Part shown: positions 41,527-50,995 of the stretch, piece after piece
Numbering within the stretch: position 1 is the stretch's first letter
Layout of the letters: each line of letters begins with the position of its first letter
DNA from: Novosphingobium sp.
GTDB taxonomy: Bacteria > Pseudomonadota > Alphaproteobacteria > Sphingomonadales > Sphingomonadaceae
Length of the DNA: 64,000 bases
Direction: 5' to 3'
NCBI GenBank assembly: GCA_031415355.1
Contig: JANORN010000214.1
Span: 5,732-69,731, forward strand
Position numbers and translations under genes: made by a program
Notes under the pieces: generated by a model
Told to the model about the DNA's origin: nothing
What the model saw: the letters and a program-made list of their open reading frames with translations, nothing else
Databases searched by the model: none

Positions 41527-44500
41527 CGTTCGGACTCTCCTCAGCGGCAGGGCGGTTTAGATTGGCAAAATGGCGCAACACTTTGGTGAGTGCCGCCAGC
41601 ATGGCCTGTGCTTGCGCGCAAGACGGGCTATCATCCGGATGGAGCAGTTCAATTGTCAGCACTTCATCCGGCAGCAGCACCAAGGTGAACCGCGCTTCAC
41701 CCTCTTCGCGGGCAGTATGCACATGCAGAAAGCCATCCTGACCGAGTGGCACACCTGTGCGATCACCGGGATAGTTTTCAAACACTACCAGCGTATCAAA
41801 CCGTTGATCGAGGTCGGCCTCGCGCAGCGATTTGGCCACTGCGAACGGGGAAGCTGCGGCAATCTGCATGGTTTGAGTCAGGCTGGAACGGACCAACCGC
41901 AACAAGTCGGTCAGCGAACGACTGATTGCAAAGCGCAACGGCAGCACATTCATGCACAGCCCCACTGTTACGTCGATCTCAGCTAGTTCTTCCGGACGGA
42001 GCGAGGCAATAAAATGGAACATCCCCGCGCTATCCCCGTTGCGCTGCGCATCCACGATCCCGCAGGCGGCAAGGCAGAGTTCAAACAGCGTAACTTTGGC
42101 ACACCGGGCCTGATTGCGCAGGGCAGCAGTGGTCTGGCGATCCAGCTGGGCCACGGTGCTAACCCGCGTCGCGCTGATTGCTGTTCGGGCACGCGGAAAT
42201 TGACCGCGCGGCCAACTATCGATGAGGCGCTGCGCCGCCAGATCCAACTCAGATCGCGACTGCCGTTGCCACCATTCCGCAAACGACCGGATTGACGGTG
42301 CGGGGCTTGGCAGCGGTGCCTGTGCAAGCCGCGCGGCATAACAAGCGGCCACTGTTTGGGTGACCAAGTTTAGGCTCCAGCCATCCAGTACGGCGTGATG
42401 GTGCGACCAGACCAGCCGCCAGCTTTCTTCACCTTGAAGCAGTGCAATCCGGCTCAGCGGTTGACCCGCGGCAAAGCGATCCAGCAAGTCGTTCGCTAAG
42501 TATTCAGCAAGCACCGCTTCAGCGGGCATGCTTTTGTCTGCGATGCGCATTACCGGGATGTCAACCGCAGCACTGGCTGGCATGATTGCAAGCGTCGGCA
42601 GCGGTTCGTCAGGCGTCAGGTTGAAGCACAGCCGCAAAGCGTCATGCGCAGTGTGCGCGTCTTGCCAAGCGCGCACGAGCAAGTCCGGATTAAATCCTCC
42701 GACTGGTTCAAACACGATCTGCGTGTGATAGGCGGTTTGCGATTTTCCCGCAGTGGCAGCCAAAACCATTGCCAGTTGTAGCGGCAGCGCCGGGATCGGC
42801 TCTGGCCCGTTCGGCGCGTGCAATTGTGCTGCAACTGCCGCACCGATCCGCTGCAATTCGGGTTCCGACCAGGTTGCATCGCTGGCGAGCGTCAGCGTCC
42901 ATCCGGTGATGCCCTCAGCCAGCTCCATGGCGAGCGGGTGGACGGGCGCAACGTCCGCCCGCAGCACCGTCCAATTCGCCGCTAGGTCGGATCGCGCAGC
43001 GATGTTTACCAACACTGTAATGGCTGCATCACGGGCGCCCGGCAATCCAAGGGGATCGGAGAAGCCGAGTTGTGCAGCCCCGCCTGCAAATTCAGTGAAC
43101 CAACCGATGATGCCGGTTTCGTCGCCCGTTCGGCCGTCCTGCTCGGCTGCGATTACAATTTTCCTGCCCGCCGTTTCACGGGACAGTACGCGCACAACCG
43201 CATCCACAAACGCGGCTTGAGAAACCTTCGCACCAGGCAAATTGACGCTGGCAAGTGCTGAGCGCGCCCCTGTGGCAATCGTGCTTCGAACCCAGGCGAA
43301 GGCAGGATCGCGGCGGCGGCAACTCGTCGAAAATGGGGGAACCCCTGACTGGCAGTTTGCATCCGTAGCAAGCGCTTGCTGCAAATCCTGTACCAGCGTG
43401 GCCCAGCTGCCAGGATCAATCGCCAGATGGTGGACCGCCAGGACGGCTTGGGGGGTCGGGCCCGCAATCCAGGCGGCACCAAGCATCCGGCCTTGGGCCG
43501 GTTGAACTGCCGCTATTGCCAGATCCAGGCCCGCGTTCTGGCTTGCCGCCGCTGGGGATGCAGGGCGGTACGGAGCAGCAAATTCACACCGCCATCCGGC
43601 ATCCGCGCGCGTCACTGCCAGGCGGAGCGCGTCGTGATGGATGATCAAGGATGCAAGCGCGTCGGCCAGCCGAGCCGGTCCGATCTCCGCCGCCAGATCA
43701 ATCGCTATCGCCAGCACATCCTGCTCGCCAAATTCGGTGGTGCGCGCCAGCCAATCCCGCGCTGCCGGTGCCAACGGGGCGGGGTCGCCGGGTTCAGCCG
43801 GATGAAAATCCGGCGCGCGCTGGCCTCGATCATCAATCAGTGCAATTAGGCTTTGCGGGGTCGGGTGGCGAAAAATGTCGGCAATCGAGAGCGCAATTCC
43901 GGCACGAGCAGCACGAGCGACCATTCGGATTGCCGTCATCGAATCACCGCCAGCGGCAAAAAAATCAGTTACCGGACGCACCGGCTGATCCAGGATTTCG
44001 GTCCAGATCTCGATCAGTATCCGGAGCCGGGGATCGTGTGTGGCGTGCTCGGACAAATCGGTTTCGTCCGGCGCTTGCGCTCCAGCCAAGACCACCAATT
44101 CGCGCAGCGCGGCGTAGTCTAATTTTCCGTTAGCTGTAGTCGGAAGCTCTGCAACAACCAGAATCCGGCTCGGCACGGCCGCCGCATGAAACCGCGCGGA
44201 TAGGTGTTCGCGCAAGTGGCTGGGCAGATCCGCTGGCGCTTCGGCGCGTCCTCGGTTCTGTCGAACGACTGCGACCAAAGCGGCAGTGCCGCCGCGCTCA
44301 ACGGCAAAGACTGCTGCCCGCGAAACGTCTTGATGATTTTCCAACGCGGCTTCAACGGCAGCCGGTTCAATCCGTACGCCTGAAATCTTTAGCTGGCGAT
44401 CAACCCGGCCAAGGTGGCGCAGGCTACCATTTGCTCCGATAATCGCACGGTCGCCGGTGCGATACTGACGTCCACCCGCCTGCAAACTGGGTTCAAAACG

Positions 44501-47500
44501 ATCGGCTGTGCTGCGTCCGTCGCGAAAATAGCCAGCAGCCAAGCTCGTACCAAAGACGATCAGGTCGCCAGCTATTCCGCGTGGCAAGATGTGCCCGAAG
44601 CGATCACAAACGGCTAAGCCGGACCCATTTACTGGCACGCCCAGCGAGAGGAAGTCTTGCGTGCAATCGTTCGCATCAATCCGCGAACTCGCGACGAAGA
44701 TGGTCGTTTCGGTTGGGCCGTAACAATGCTGAAAAGCGATCCCCAGTGCCAATACCCGCCGGGCCAAGTCCACGGAGACAGTATCACCCCCGCACATGAC
44801 CAGCTTGATCCGGTCCAACACCGCTGGCGTGGCCAGGTCAAGAAACGCTCCCAACAAGGCTGGGACGAGATGCAAATGCGTCGCCCGCTGGCGCTCTGCA
44901 AACCGTGTCAGATCGATCGGATCTGTGGTTTCGTCAGCGATTAACAGATCCGCACCGCACAACAGCGGATGCAGCATCTCAAACAGGGCAATATCAAACC
45001 CTGGTGTTGCAAGATGGAGAAACCGGTCACTGCGGCTCATTGGCAGCGCGACTTGGGCCCAATTGAGCAACGCCTCCAATCCTGGCCAAGCCACCAAGAC
45101 CAGTTTGGGTGTGCCCGTGGTGCCAGAGGTAAACGCGCCATAAGCCGTGTTGGCATCCTGACTAGGAGCATCCATAGCTGCGCAGCGTGTCACCGTGGGA
45201 ACGGTCGTGGCGGCATTGGCGTGAATCTGAAATGCTGCACCGGAAACCGCGCGCATTCCGGCTTGCGCGGCGGGGGGCAGCGCTGGATTAATCAGAATTG
45301 GAACCGCCCCGATCGACCAGATTGCTAACAAGGCCGCAGGGTAAGCCGGACAGCGCGGCAAAGCGATTTCTACACTGTGTCCGCAGATTGCCCCCGATGC
45401 GCTCAGTTCAGCCGCTAACCGTGCCGCCAACGCCAAAACGTCCACGCCGTTCAACTGCTGCGCCGGACCGATGACGCAGGCCGCCGCACGGTCCTTCAAT
45501 GCAGCAACCAACCGCTCTGGCAGCGGCTGTGGCTCGGGATGACGGTCGGGTTGGTACAAGCGCGAGCCGTGCACGGTCGTGCCGTCGCTTGCCGCAGTAA
45601 GCGCCAAATCAGACTGAGGTGCATCCGGTTGGCAGCGCAACTTCGCAGAAAATTCGGCCAAGGACTGGGCCCAGCCGTTTAGAGTCGCTTCGTGATATAA
45701 CGTCCGCCGCCCGCGAAGCTGGTATCGGGCAGAGCCATCCGCCGTGATCGTTGTCGAGATTTCCAGATCAGCCCGCACTGTTGTGATTGCTTGGGGCAAG
45801 GCTTGTGCAGGCGCACCAGCAAAATATGGGGGGATCGTCGCGCGCTCGTCAATCAGATCGAACAACACCGAAAGTCCGCCACGACCAACTGTACCGCGCG
45901 GTAAAACTCCTGCGAGCTGTGTTGAATCGATCTGGCGGTGATCCAAGACCCACCCAAGTTCCTGGCGAACGGCTTCACATAAGTGCAAATAGGTGGCTTC
46001 CGGGAGCACTTGTATCGTCACCGGCAAGGTTGTCATCGCCAGTCGCACACCAGTTACGGGTTCAAGCCGAACTGGGGTCCACACCGTCGCGCCGTTCTCC
46101 CCGCAAACCCGTGCCAGCCAAGCGCAAACGGCGGTGAGACTGCTAACGAACGGCGTGGTTCCTGGTGCGTCACCACTGCCAGCATTTGGTCCGTTTGCCC
46201 GGCATGGCGCGGTTTCAAACGCTGTCTCAGTTCCAGCCAAATCTGCGGCTTGGTCTGCCGCCGGTTGCGATGCAGGTAGCGCAGTAGCATAGCACGCGGC
46301 CAACCGAGATTGCCATTTAGCCTGCAAATCCGGCGAATGGTCAGGCGGCAGCGGCACATGGGATTCGCCCAGATATTCGCCAGCCGTGTCATAGGCCCGC
46401 GCCAGATCGCTGAGCAGCAACGCGATCCCCGCCGCATCACACGCCATATGCGATGTTTCAAGGGCTATGGTCGTGCTGTTAGTCGCTTGATCAAGCGTCA
46501 TTTCAATCCGGGTAGCTGGCGTGCACTGCTGGGCAATTGGTTGCCAGCAGAGCGTGCCGTCGCGCTCAGTGATCTGTGCTGACAATAACCGATGCCGCTT
46601 CAACACGGCGGCTACAGCTGCCGAAAACCTTGCATGGTCCAGCACCGCGTTAACGCGCCACGCTGCGGCGATCCGATACGCTGACTCGTCTGCCTGCCGC
46701 ACAGCGTCGAGATATAGGGCTGTTTCATAGGGGCTGACCGGCCACGATCCTGATGCAGTGCTTTCACGGGCCAATGCACCACCGGTTTGACCTTCGGCTG
46801 GGTAGCGACCGGGCTGGGCCGGGGCAGGCGGCGCCCGTTCAATCGCATCCGACATCGCTTGAATGCCGGTGTCGGCATAGAGCACGCTCACCGCGACGGC
46901 TTTATTCAGGCGTGACCGGATCAGACCAGCCAGCAGCAGGACCGTCAGCGAACTGCCGCCAAGCGCCAGAAAATCGTCATCAGACTTTGCCGACGGTTGG
47001 TGCAGGACTTCACGAATCAGTGCCAGCGAAGGCGATTCGACGGCGGATGGTTCCGCTGCGGATGCGCTGTTTGCGTCCGTGAGCATGGCGGCAAGCCGGT
47101 GCCGATCCACTTTGCCGCGATCCGTCAGCGGCAGCGCGCCGAACCGGATTTGTGCTGGGCGCTGCCAAGCGGGCATCGCCGCGATGAACGCGTCCAACTT
47201 CGAGGCGATTTGAGGGTTCCGCGGCGCACCAATCCAGAGGCGTGGTTTTGCGCCTGGCAATGCCGGAACGTGAACCGCCACCGGTGCCCCAGTAATCTGG
47301 GCGAACTGTTGCTCGACCCGGTCAATTTCAAACCGGCGGCCGCCCAGCTTTACCTGGCGATCGACCCGTCCGATGAACCCGATTTGGCCATCACTGCGCG
47401 CCCGCACCTGATCGCCAGTGCGATACATAATGGTGCCTGCATTGGCATAAGGGTTGGGAACAAACCGGTCTGCGGTATCTGCCGGGCGGCCCAAATAACC

Positions 47501-49861
47501 CCGCGCGAGCGCTGAACCCGTCAGATACAGTTCGCCCACGCAGCCAGGCGGAGTGTGTCGTCCATGCCGGTCTAGCACGTACAGTACCGACCCGGGCCGT
47601 GCAGCACCGATCAGTCCCGCAGGAGCATTGGGTGCCAAGGCCTGAAATGTAACCACGATTGTCGCTTCGGTCGGACCATAGCTGGTGCAGATACTGGCAC
47701 CATTCGGTCGCGCCAGCTCCTGCCACCGCCGCAAGGGCTCTGTTTGGTATGCCTCTCCGCCGATCACGATCAAGCGCAACGCCGAAGGCCAGGTTGCGCC
47801 TGCCAGGTCAAATGCGGCAAGGCTGAAAAAACCGGTCGGCAAATCGGCCACCGAAACACGGCTCTCCGCGCAAAACTGCAACAGTGCCGCTCCGCCTTGC
47901 CCGGCCGCCGCATTGCGCAACACACTTGTGCCACCGGCGCGCAAGACCGGCAGCACTTCTTCCAGCATCGCATCAAACGCCATGGCGCAGAACTGCAATA
48001 CGCGATCTTTGGCTGTTAGGCCAAAAGCTTGCTCGGCCCAGGCTGCATGGCGGACGATCGTATCAAAGCCAAGCAACACCGGCCGGGCAGCTCCGGTTGA
48101 ACCCGAGGTGTAGATAACCACACCGGCGCAGTCCGATTGGTCGCCGCCGCTGTCGCTGGCGCTGTCGCTGGCGCTTGGCGCGCGGGCCAGAATGTTGGCA
48201 ATGGCTTCGCTGCCATCAAGCTGGCGCACATCGGATTCCACCCCACACACGGCGGCCATTTCGGCGCTGACCGATTGCAGAAACGCGGGTCCGGCTTCGG
48301 CATCCAGCAAGGCTACCGTGCGTCCGTTATGCAGCAGACCCAACAACGTGATTACAATCGCCGGGTCGCGGCGCATACACAAGCCGATCACGCCGCTGGG
48401 AGCAGCCATCGCCCAACTCGCCACGCGCGCCATGCCTTGCGCCAGCTCGGCATAGTTCACGTTGTGCCCAGCGCACCCGGTAATGGCGATGTCCGCTGGC
48501 CGAAGGCGCGCGTGGTCAGCAAGGACCGAAAAGAACGCGGGCACCGCAGCGTCTGCGTGTCCGGTTGTTGGAGAGATCGTCGCAAAGGCCTCGTCGAGCG
48601 ATATCGCCTGGCCAGTTTTTGCCCCGGCCAAGCGCACCAAGGCCATCACCAGTAGATCAATCAAAGCGGCTGCGGCACCGGCATCGATCTGCGCCGGATC
48701 GTAGTCAAGCGCCAGCACAAGCGTTCCTGCTTGCTGCTGTGCCGCCAGGCTAAGTGGTGTCCGTCCGGGGTACGGTGCGGCTATTCCCAGCTCCGCCCAA
48801 CCCGCATCAAGACCTGCCACACAAGCATCGTGCCAAGCAAACAGCATTGCGAATTCTTGAGCTTTTCCCATCGCTGGGTGCCAACGCTGCTCATAGGAAT
48901 CGAGGAACTGGTCGCGCCAATCGGTCAAGAACGCCTGACATGTGGTTTGCGAACTAACCGGTGCCGTTACGCCGATGGTCCCAATGAAGCAGCCCAACAG
49001 CTCAGGATCGGCCAAACCGTCCCGCAGCGAGACGGGGATGCCCATCACCGCACCGTCTGAATCGCGGCACCGGTCCAGCGCAATCTGCGCCATTGCTGCA
49101 ACCACTTGCTGCTCGCTGACCCGCAGTGCTTGCGCCCGCTGGCATAACGCTTGCCATGCAGAACTGGACACGGCCCGCGTAAGCCGCGTGATCGAAAGGT
49201 CAGCAATTGGAGCGCCGCCGGTTGCGGCCATGGCAGCTCCTGTGTCCACGCGCCGAACGGCCGCGGCACTGCACGGCTGAGCCCCATCCTGCTGCGCCTT
49301 GTTGATCGCGGCGATTGCGGCGGGATAGCTGCCAGGCGGTGAATTGGGTTGACCGCAATATCGCCGCGCAGCCCGCCGGACCAGCGCTTCTAAGCCCGGC
49401 CGATCTGCGATGGCGTGGTGGCAGGCAAGCCAGACAACATCGTGCGCGGTGCAGGGCCGCACGCTTATCAATCGGTCAGAGAAGTAGGCCGGGGCCTGAT
49501 CGAACGCGATTTGCATTGCCGTTTGATCAGGTTCGACATCGGCGATCCGTTGCATTCCGAAGTTTGCCGCCGGGGCCTGCTCGTTCTGCAACGTAATCCG
49601 CGCCGCAGGTTGCAATGCGAGTTCGGCAACCAGCGCCGCTACGAAGCCGCCGCGATCGACTTCGCCACGCAACGTGACAGGGATCTGAAGGTAGTTGACA
49701 TTCGGCGAACCAAGCGCAAGTTCATCAAAGACCATGGCCCGCTGCATTGAAGTCAGCGGCAGCCATTGTGCACTGTCCGGTACTCCACTTGTTGCCGGGC
49801 CGGTTTCGAGAATGCGCATATCAAGCATCAATACAACCATATTGCATGATTGCCTGATCAC
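41519..49861 (-). CDS. NRPS 1: C-A-T-C-A-T-E-C, about 2780 aa (start approximate)
   Basis: C HHAIAD; A YTSGSTG; T LGGSSL; C SHMACD; A FTSGTTGTPK; T AGGDSM; E HHLAID..SW and GWFT; C HHHAVLDGW. Confidence 0.93.
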   Translation of the reverse strand: MIRQSCNMVVLMLDMRILETGPATSGVPDSAQWLPLTSMQRAMVFDELALGSPNVNYLQIPVTLRGEVDRGGFVAALVAELALQPAARITLQNEQAPAANFGMQRIADVEPDQTAMQIAFDQAPAYFSDRLISVRPCTAHDVVWLACHHAIADRPGLEALVRRAARRYCGQPNSPPGSYPAAIAAINKAQQDGAQPCSAAAVRRVDTGAAMAATGGAPIADLSITRLTRAVSSSAWQALCQRAQALRVSEQQVVAAMAQIALDRCRDSDGAVMGIPVSLRDGLADPELLGCFIGTIGVTAPVSSQTTCQAFLTDWRDQFLDSYEQRWHPAMGKAQEFAMLFAWHDACVAGLDAGWAELGIAAPYPGRTPLSLAAQQQAGTLVLALDYDPAQIDAGAAAALIDLLVMALVRLAGAKTGQAISLDEAFATISPTTGHADAAVPAFFSVLADHARLRPADIAITGCAGHNVNYAELAQGMARVASWAMAAPSGVIGLCMRRDPAIVITLLGLLHNGRTVALLDAEAGPAFLQSVSAEMAAVCGVESDVRQLDGSEAIANILARAPSASDSASDSGGDQSDCAGVVIYTSGSTGAARPVLLGFDTIVRHAAWAEQAFGLTAKDRVLQFCAMAFDAMLEEVLPVLRAGGTSVLRNAAAGQGGAALLQFCAESRVSVADLPTGFFSLAAFDLAGATWPSALRLIVIGGEAYQTEPLRRWQELARPNGASICTSYGPTEATIVVTFQALAPNAPAGLIGAARPGSVLYVLDRHGRHTPPGCVGELYLTGSALARGYLGRPADTADRFVPNPYANAGTIMYRTGDQVRARSDGQIGFIGRVDRQVKLGGRRFEIDRVEQQFAQITGAPVAVHVPALPGAKPRLWIGAPRNPQIASKLDAFIAAMPAWQRPAQIRFGALPLTDRGKVDRHRLAAMLTDANSASAAEPSAVESPSLALIREVLHQPSAKSDDDFLALGGSSLTVLLLAGLIRSRLNKAVAVSVLYADTGIQAMSDAIERAPPAPAQPGRYPAEGQTGGALARESTASGSWPVSPYETALYLDAVRQADESAYRIAAAWRVNAVLDHARFSAAVAAVLKRHRLLSAQITERDGTLCWQPIAQQCTPATRIEMTLDQATNSTTIALETSHMACDAAGIALLLSDLARAYDTAGEYLGESHVPLPPDHSPDLQAKWQSRLAACYATALPASQPAADQAADLAGTETAFETAPCRANGPNAGSGDAPGTTPFVSSLTAVCAWLARVCGENGATVWTPVRLEPVTGVRLAMTTLPVTIQVLPEATYLHLCEAVRQELGWVLDHRQIDSTQLAGVLPRGTVGRGGLSVLFDLIDERATIPPYFAGAPAQALPQAITTVRADLEISTTITADGSARYQLRGRRTLYHEATLNGWAQSLAEFSAKLRCQPDAPQSDLALTAASDGTTVHGSRLYQPDRHPEPQPLPERLVAALKDRAAACVIGPAQQLNGVDVLALAARLAAELSASGAICGHSVEIALPRCPAYPAALLAIWSIGAVPILINPALPPAAQAGMRAVSGAAFQIHANAATTVPTVTRCAAMDAPSQDANTAYGAFTSGTTGTPKLVLVAWPGLEALLNWAQVALPMSRSDRFLHLATPGFDIALFEMLHPLLCGADLLIADETTDPIDLTRFAERQRATHLHLVPALLGAFLDLATPAVLDRIKLVMCGGDTVSVDLARRVLALGIAFQHCYGPTETTIFVASSRIDANDCTQDFLSLGVPVNGSGLAVCDRFGHILPRGIAGDLIVFGTSLAAGYFRDGRSTADRFEPSLQAGGRQYRTGDRAIIGANGSLRHLGRVDRQLKISGVRIEPAAVEAALENHQDVSRAAVFAVERGGTAALVAVVRQNRGRAEAPADLPSHLREHLSARFHAAAVPSRILVVAELPTTANGKLDYAALRELVVLAGAQAPDETDLSEHATHDPRLRILIEIWTEILDQPVRPVTDFFAAGGDSMTAIRMVARAARAGIALSIADIFRHPTPQSLIALIDDRGQRAPDFHPAEPGDPAPLAPAARDWLARTTEFGEQDVLAIAIDLAAEIGPARLADALASLIIHHDALRLAVTRADAGWRCEFAAPYRPASPAAASQNAGLDLAIAAVQPAQGRMLGAAWIAGPTPQAVLAVHHLAIDPGSWATLVQDLQQALATDANCQSGVPPFSTSCRRRDPAFAWVRSTIATGARSALASVNLPGAKVSQAAFVDAVVRVLSRETAGRKIVIAAEQDGRTGDETGIIGWFTEFAGGAAQLGFSDPLGLPGARDAAITVLVNIAARSDLAANWTVLRADVAPVHPLAMELAEGITGWTLTLASDATWSEPELQRIGAAVAAQLHAPNGPEPIPALPLQLAMVLAATAGKSQTAYHTQIVFEPVGGFNPDLLVRAWQDAHTAHDALRLCFNLTPDEPLPTLAIMPASAAVDIPVMRIADKSMPAEAVLAEYLANDLLDRFAAGQPLSRIALLQGEESWRLVWSHHHAVLDGWSLNLVTQTVAACYAARLAQAPLPSPAPSIRSFAEWWQRQSRSELDLAAQRLIDSWPRGQFPRARTAISATRVSTVAQLDRQTTAALRNQARCAKVTLFELCLAACGIVDAQRNGDSAGMFHFIASLRPEELAEIDVTVGLCMNVLPLRFAISRSLTDLLRLVRSSLTQTMQIAAASPFAVAKSLREADLDQRFDTLVVFENYPGDRTGVPLGQDGFLHVHTAREEGEARFTLVLLPDEVLTIELLHPDDSPSCAQAQAMLAALTKVLRHFANLNRPAAEESPNGA

Positions 49862-49915
49862 AGCAATACAGCCACAACGCGGTTGGCTTTACCGCGATAG
49901 GCGGATTTATATATC

Positions 49916-50992
49916 GTGCGAAAAATGCAGCAGTTCTTTTTACCTTATGCGCTGCCATGCCTGTTTATTGCGGCAAGTTGTTCAGCAAATGCGCCCGATC
50001 AGTCCGCAATAGAGTGTGCAGCCGTGCATGATCTGGCGATTACGACGGTGACTGCCGATCTGATGGCGGAAGATGCAGAAATTTCCGGTGCACTTGGGGC
50101 GTGCGTGGGGAGTGCGAGCGGGTTGGCCTGTGCCAATGGTGATACGCCGATGGCAATGCAAAGTGTTATGAAGCTTTTGGTCGCAATCGCGGCCTTTGAA
50201 CTGGTCGATACAGGGGTCTTGGCCCTGCATGACACGATCAGTGTCAAGCCAGCCGATCTGAGCGTTGAGGTGCAACCACTCGCCAAAATCGTGCTCGCTC
50301 AAGGCGGCGCTGACTTTACACTGCTCGATTTGATCACGCGAATGGTGACCGAAAGCGACAGTGCCGCCACCGATGTGCTGATTGAACGGATCGGCGGACC
50401 ACAAGCGGTCGAAACGCTGATCAGCCACCGTGTAAAAAGCGGCATCCGCCTAGACCGGTACGAACGCGATCTGCAATCTGAGACTTCCGGTCTTGCGTGG
50501 CGGCCCGATTTTGCCAATCCAGAAACCTTTGCTGCTGCCCGCAACGCTCTAACCGCCGCGCGAAAGGAGGCCGCCAGGCTGGCGGCGACCACTGACCCGC
50601 GAGACCGCGCCACGCCGCGCGCCCTGGCGAACCTGCTCGTCCAGCTGGCCGAAGGTAAACTGCTCACCCCGCAATCGACTACACGGTTGATTACGATCAT
50701 GGAGCAGACTCGCACTTTTCCGGATCGCTTGAAAGCGGGCGTGCCAGCAACCTGGCGCGTGGCGCACAAGACAGGAACCAGCCGGACGGTTGCGGGGATC
50801 ACTGCGACGACCGCTGACGTTGGCATTCTTACCGCCCCCGATGGGGTCAGGATGATAGCGGTGGCACTACTCACAGAATCGCCTGCATCTGCCCCGCTTC
50901 GCGCGCAATCGCTGGCGGACGTGGGCAAACTTGCAACTGTGTTGCACGCAAAACTGGCGGTTGCGCCGCGTTGCGGCAAGCAGGACCGCTAG
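49916..50992 (+). CDS. Class A serine beta-lactamase (lipoprotein-like signal)
   Basis: MQSVMK (SxxK), SDS (SDN variant), LDRYE (Glu166 equivalent), HKTGT; IAASC lipobox-like. Confidence 0.9.
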   Translation: MRKMQQFFLPYALPCLFIAASCSANAPDQSAIECAAVHDLAITTVTADLMAEDAEISGALGACVGSASGLACANGDTPMAMQSVMKLLVAIAAFELVDTGVLALHDTISVKPADLSVEVQPLAKIVLAQGGADFTLLDLITRMVTESDSAATDVLIERIGGPQAVETLISHRVKSGIRLDRYERDLQSETSGLAWRPDFANPETFAAARNALTAARKEAARLAATTDPRDRATPRALANLLVQLAEGKLLTPQSTTRLITIMEQTRTFPDRLKAGVPATWRVAHKTGTSRTVAGITATTADVGILTAPDGVRMIAVALLTESPASAPLRAQSLADVGKLATVLHAKLAVAPRCGKQDR

Positions 50993-50995
50993 ACC

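Noticed and set aside
42378-42403. HHHAVLDGW in the terminal C domain of NRPS 1 as a second beta-lactam-forming site
   Set aside because: It follows an E domain that retains its His motif; HHH is common in ordinary DCL domains.
34798-49861. NRPS as a siderophore synthetase (formyltransferase, MbtH, nearby TonB receptor)
   Set aside because: No ornithine/lysine N-hydroxylase, catechol or salicylate genes and no Fur box noticed in the island; the receptor is more than 13 kb away among housekeeping genes.
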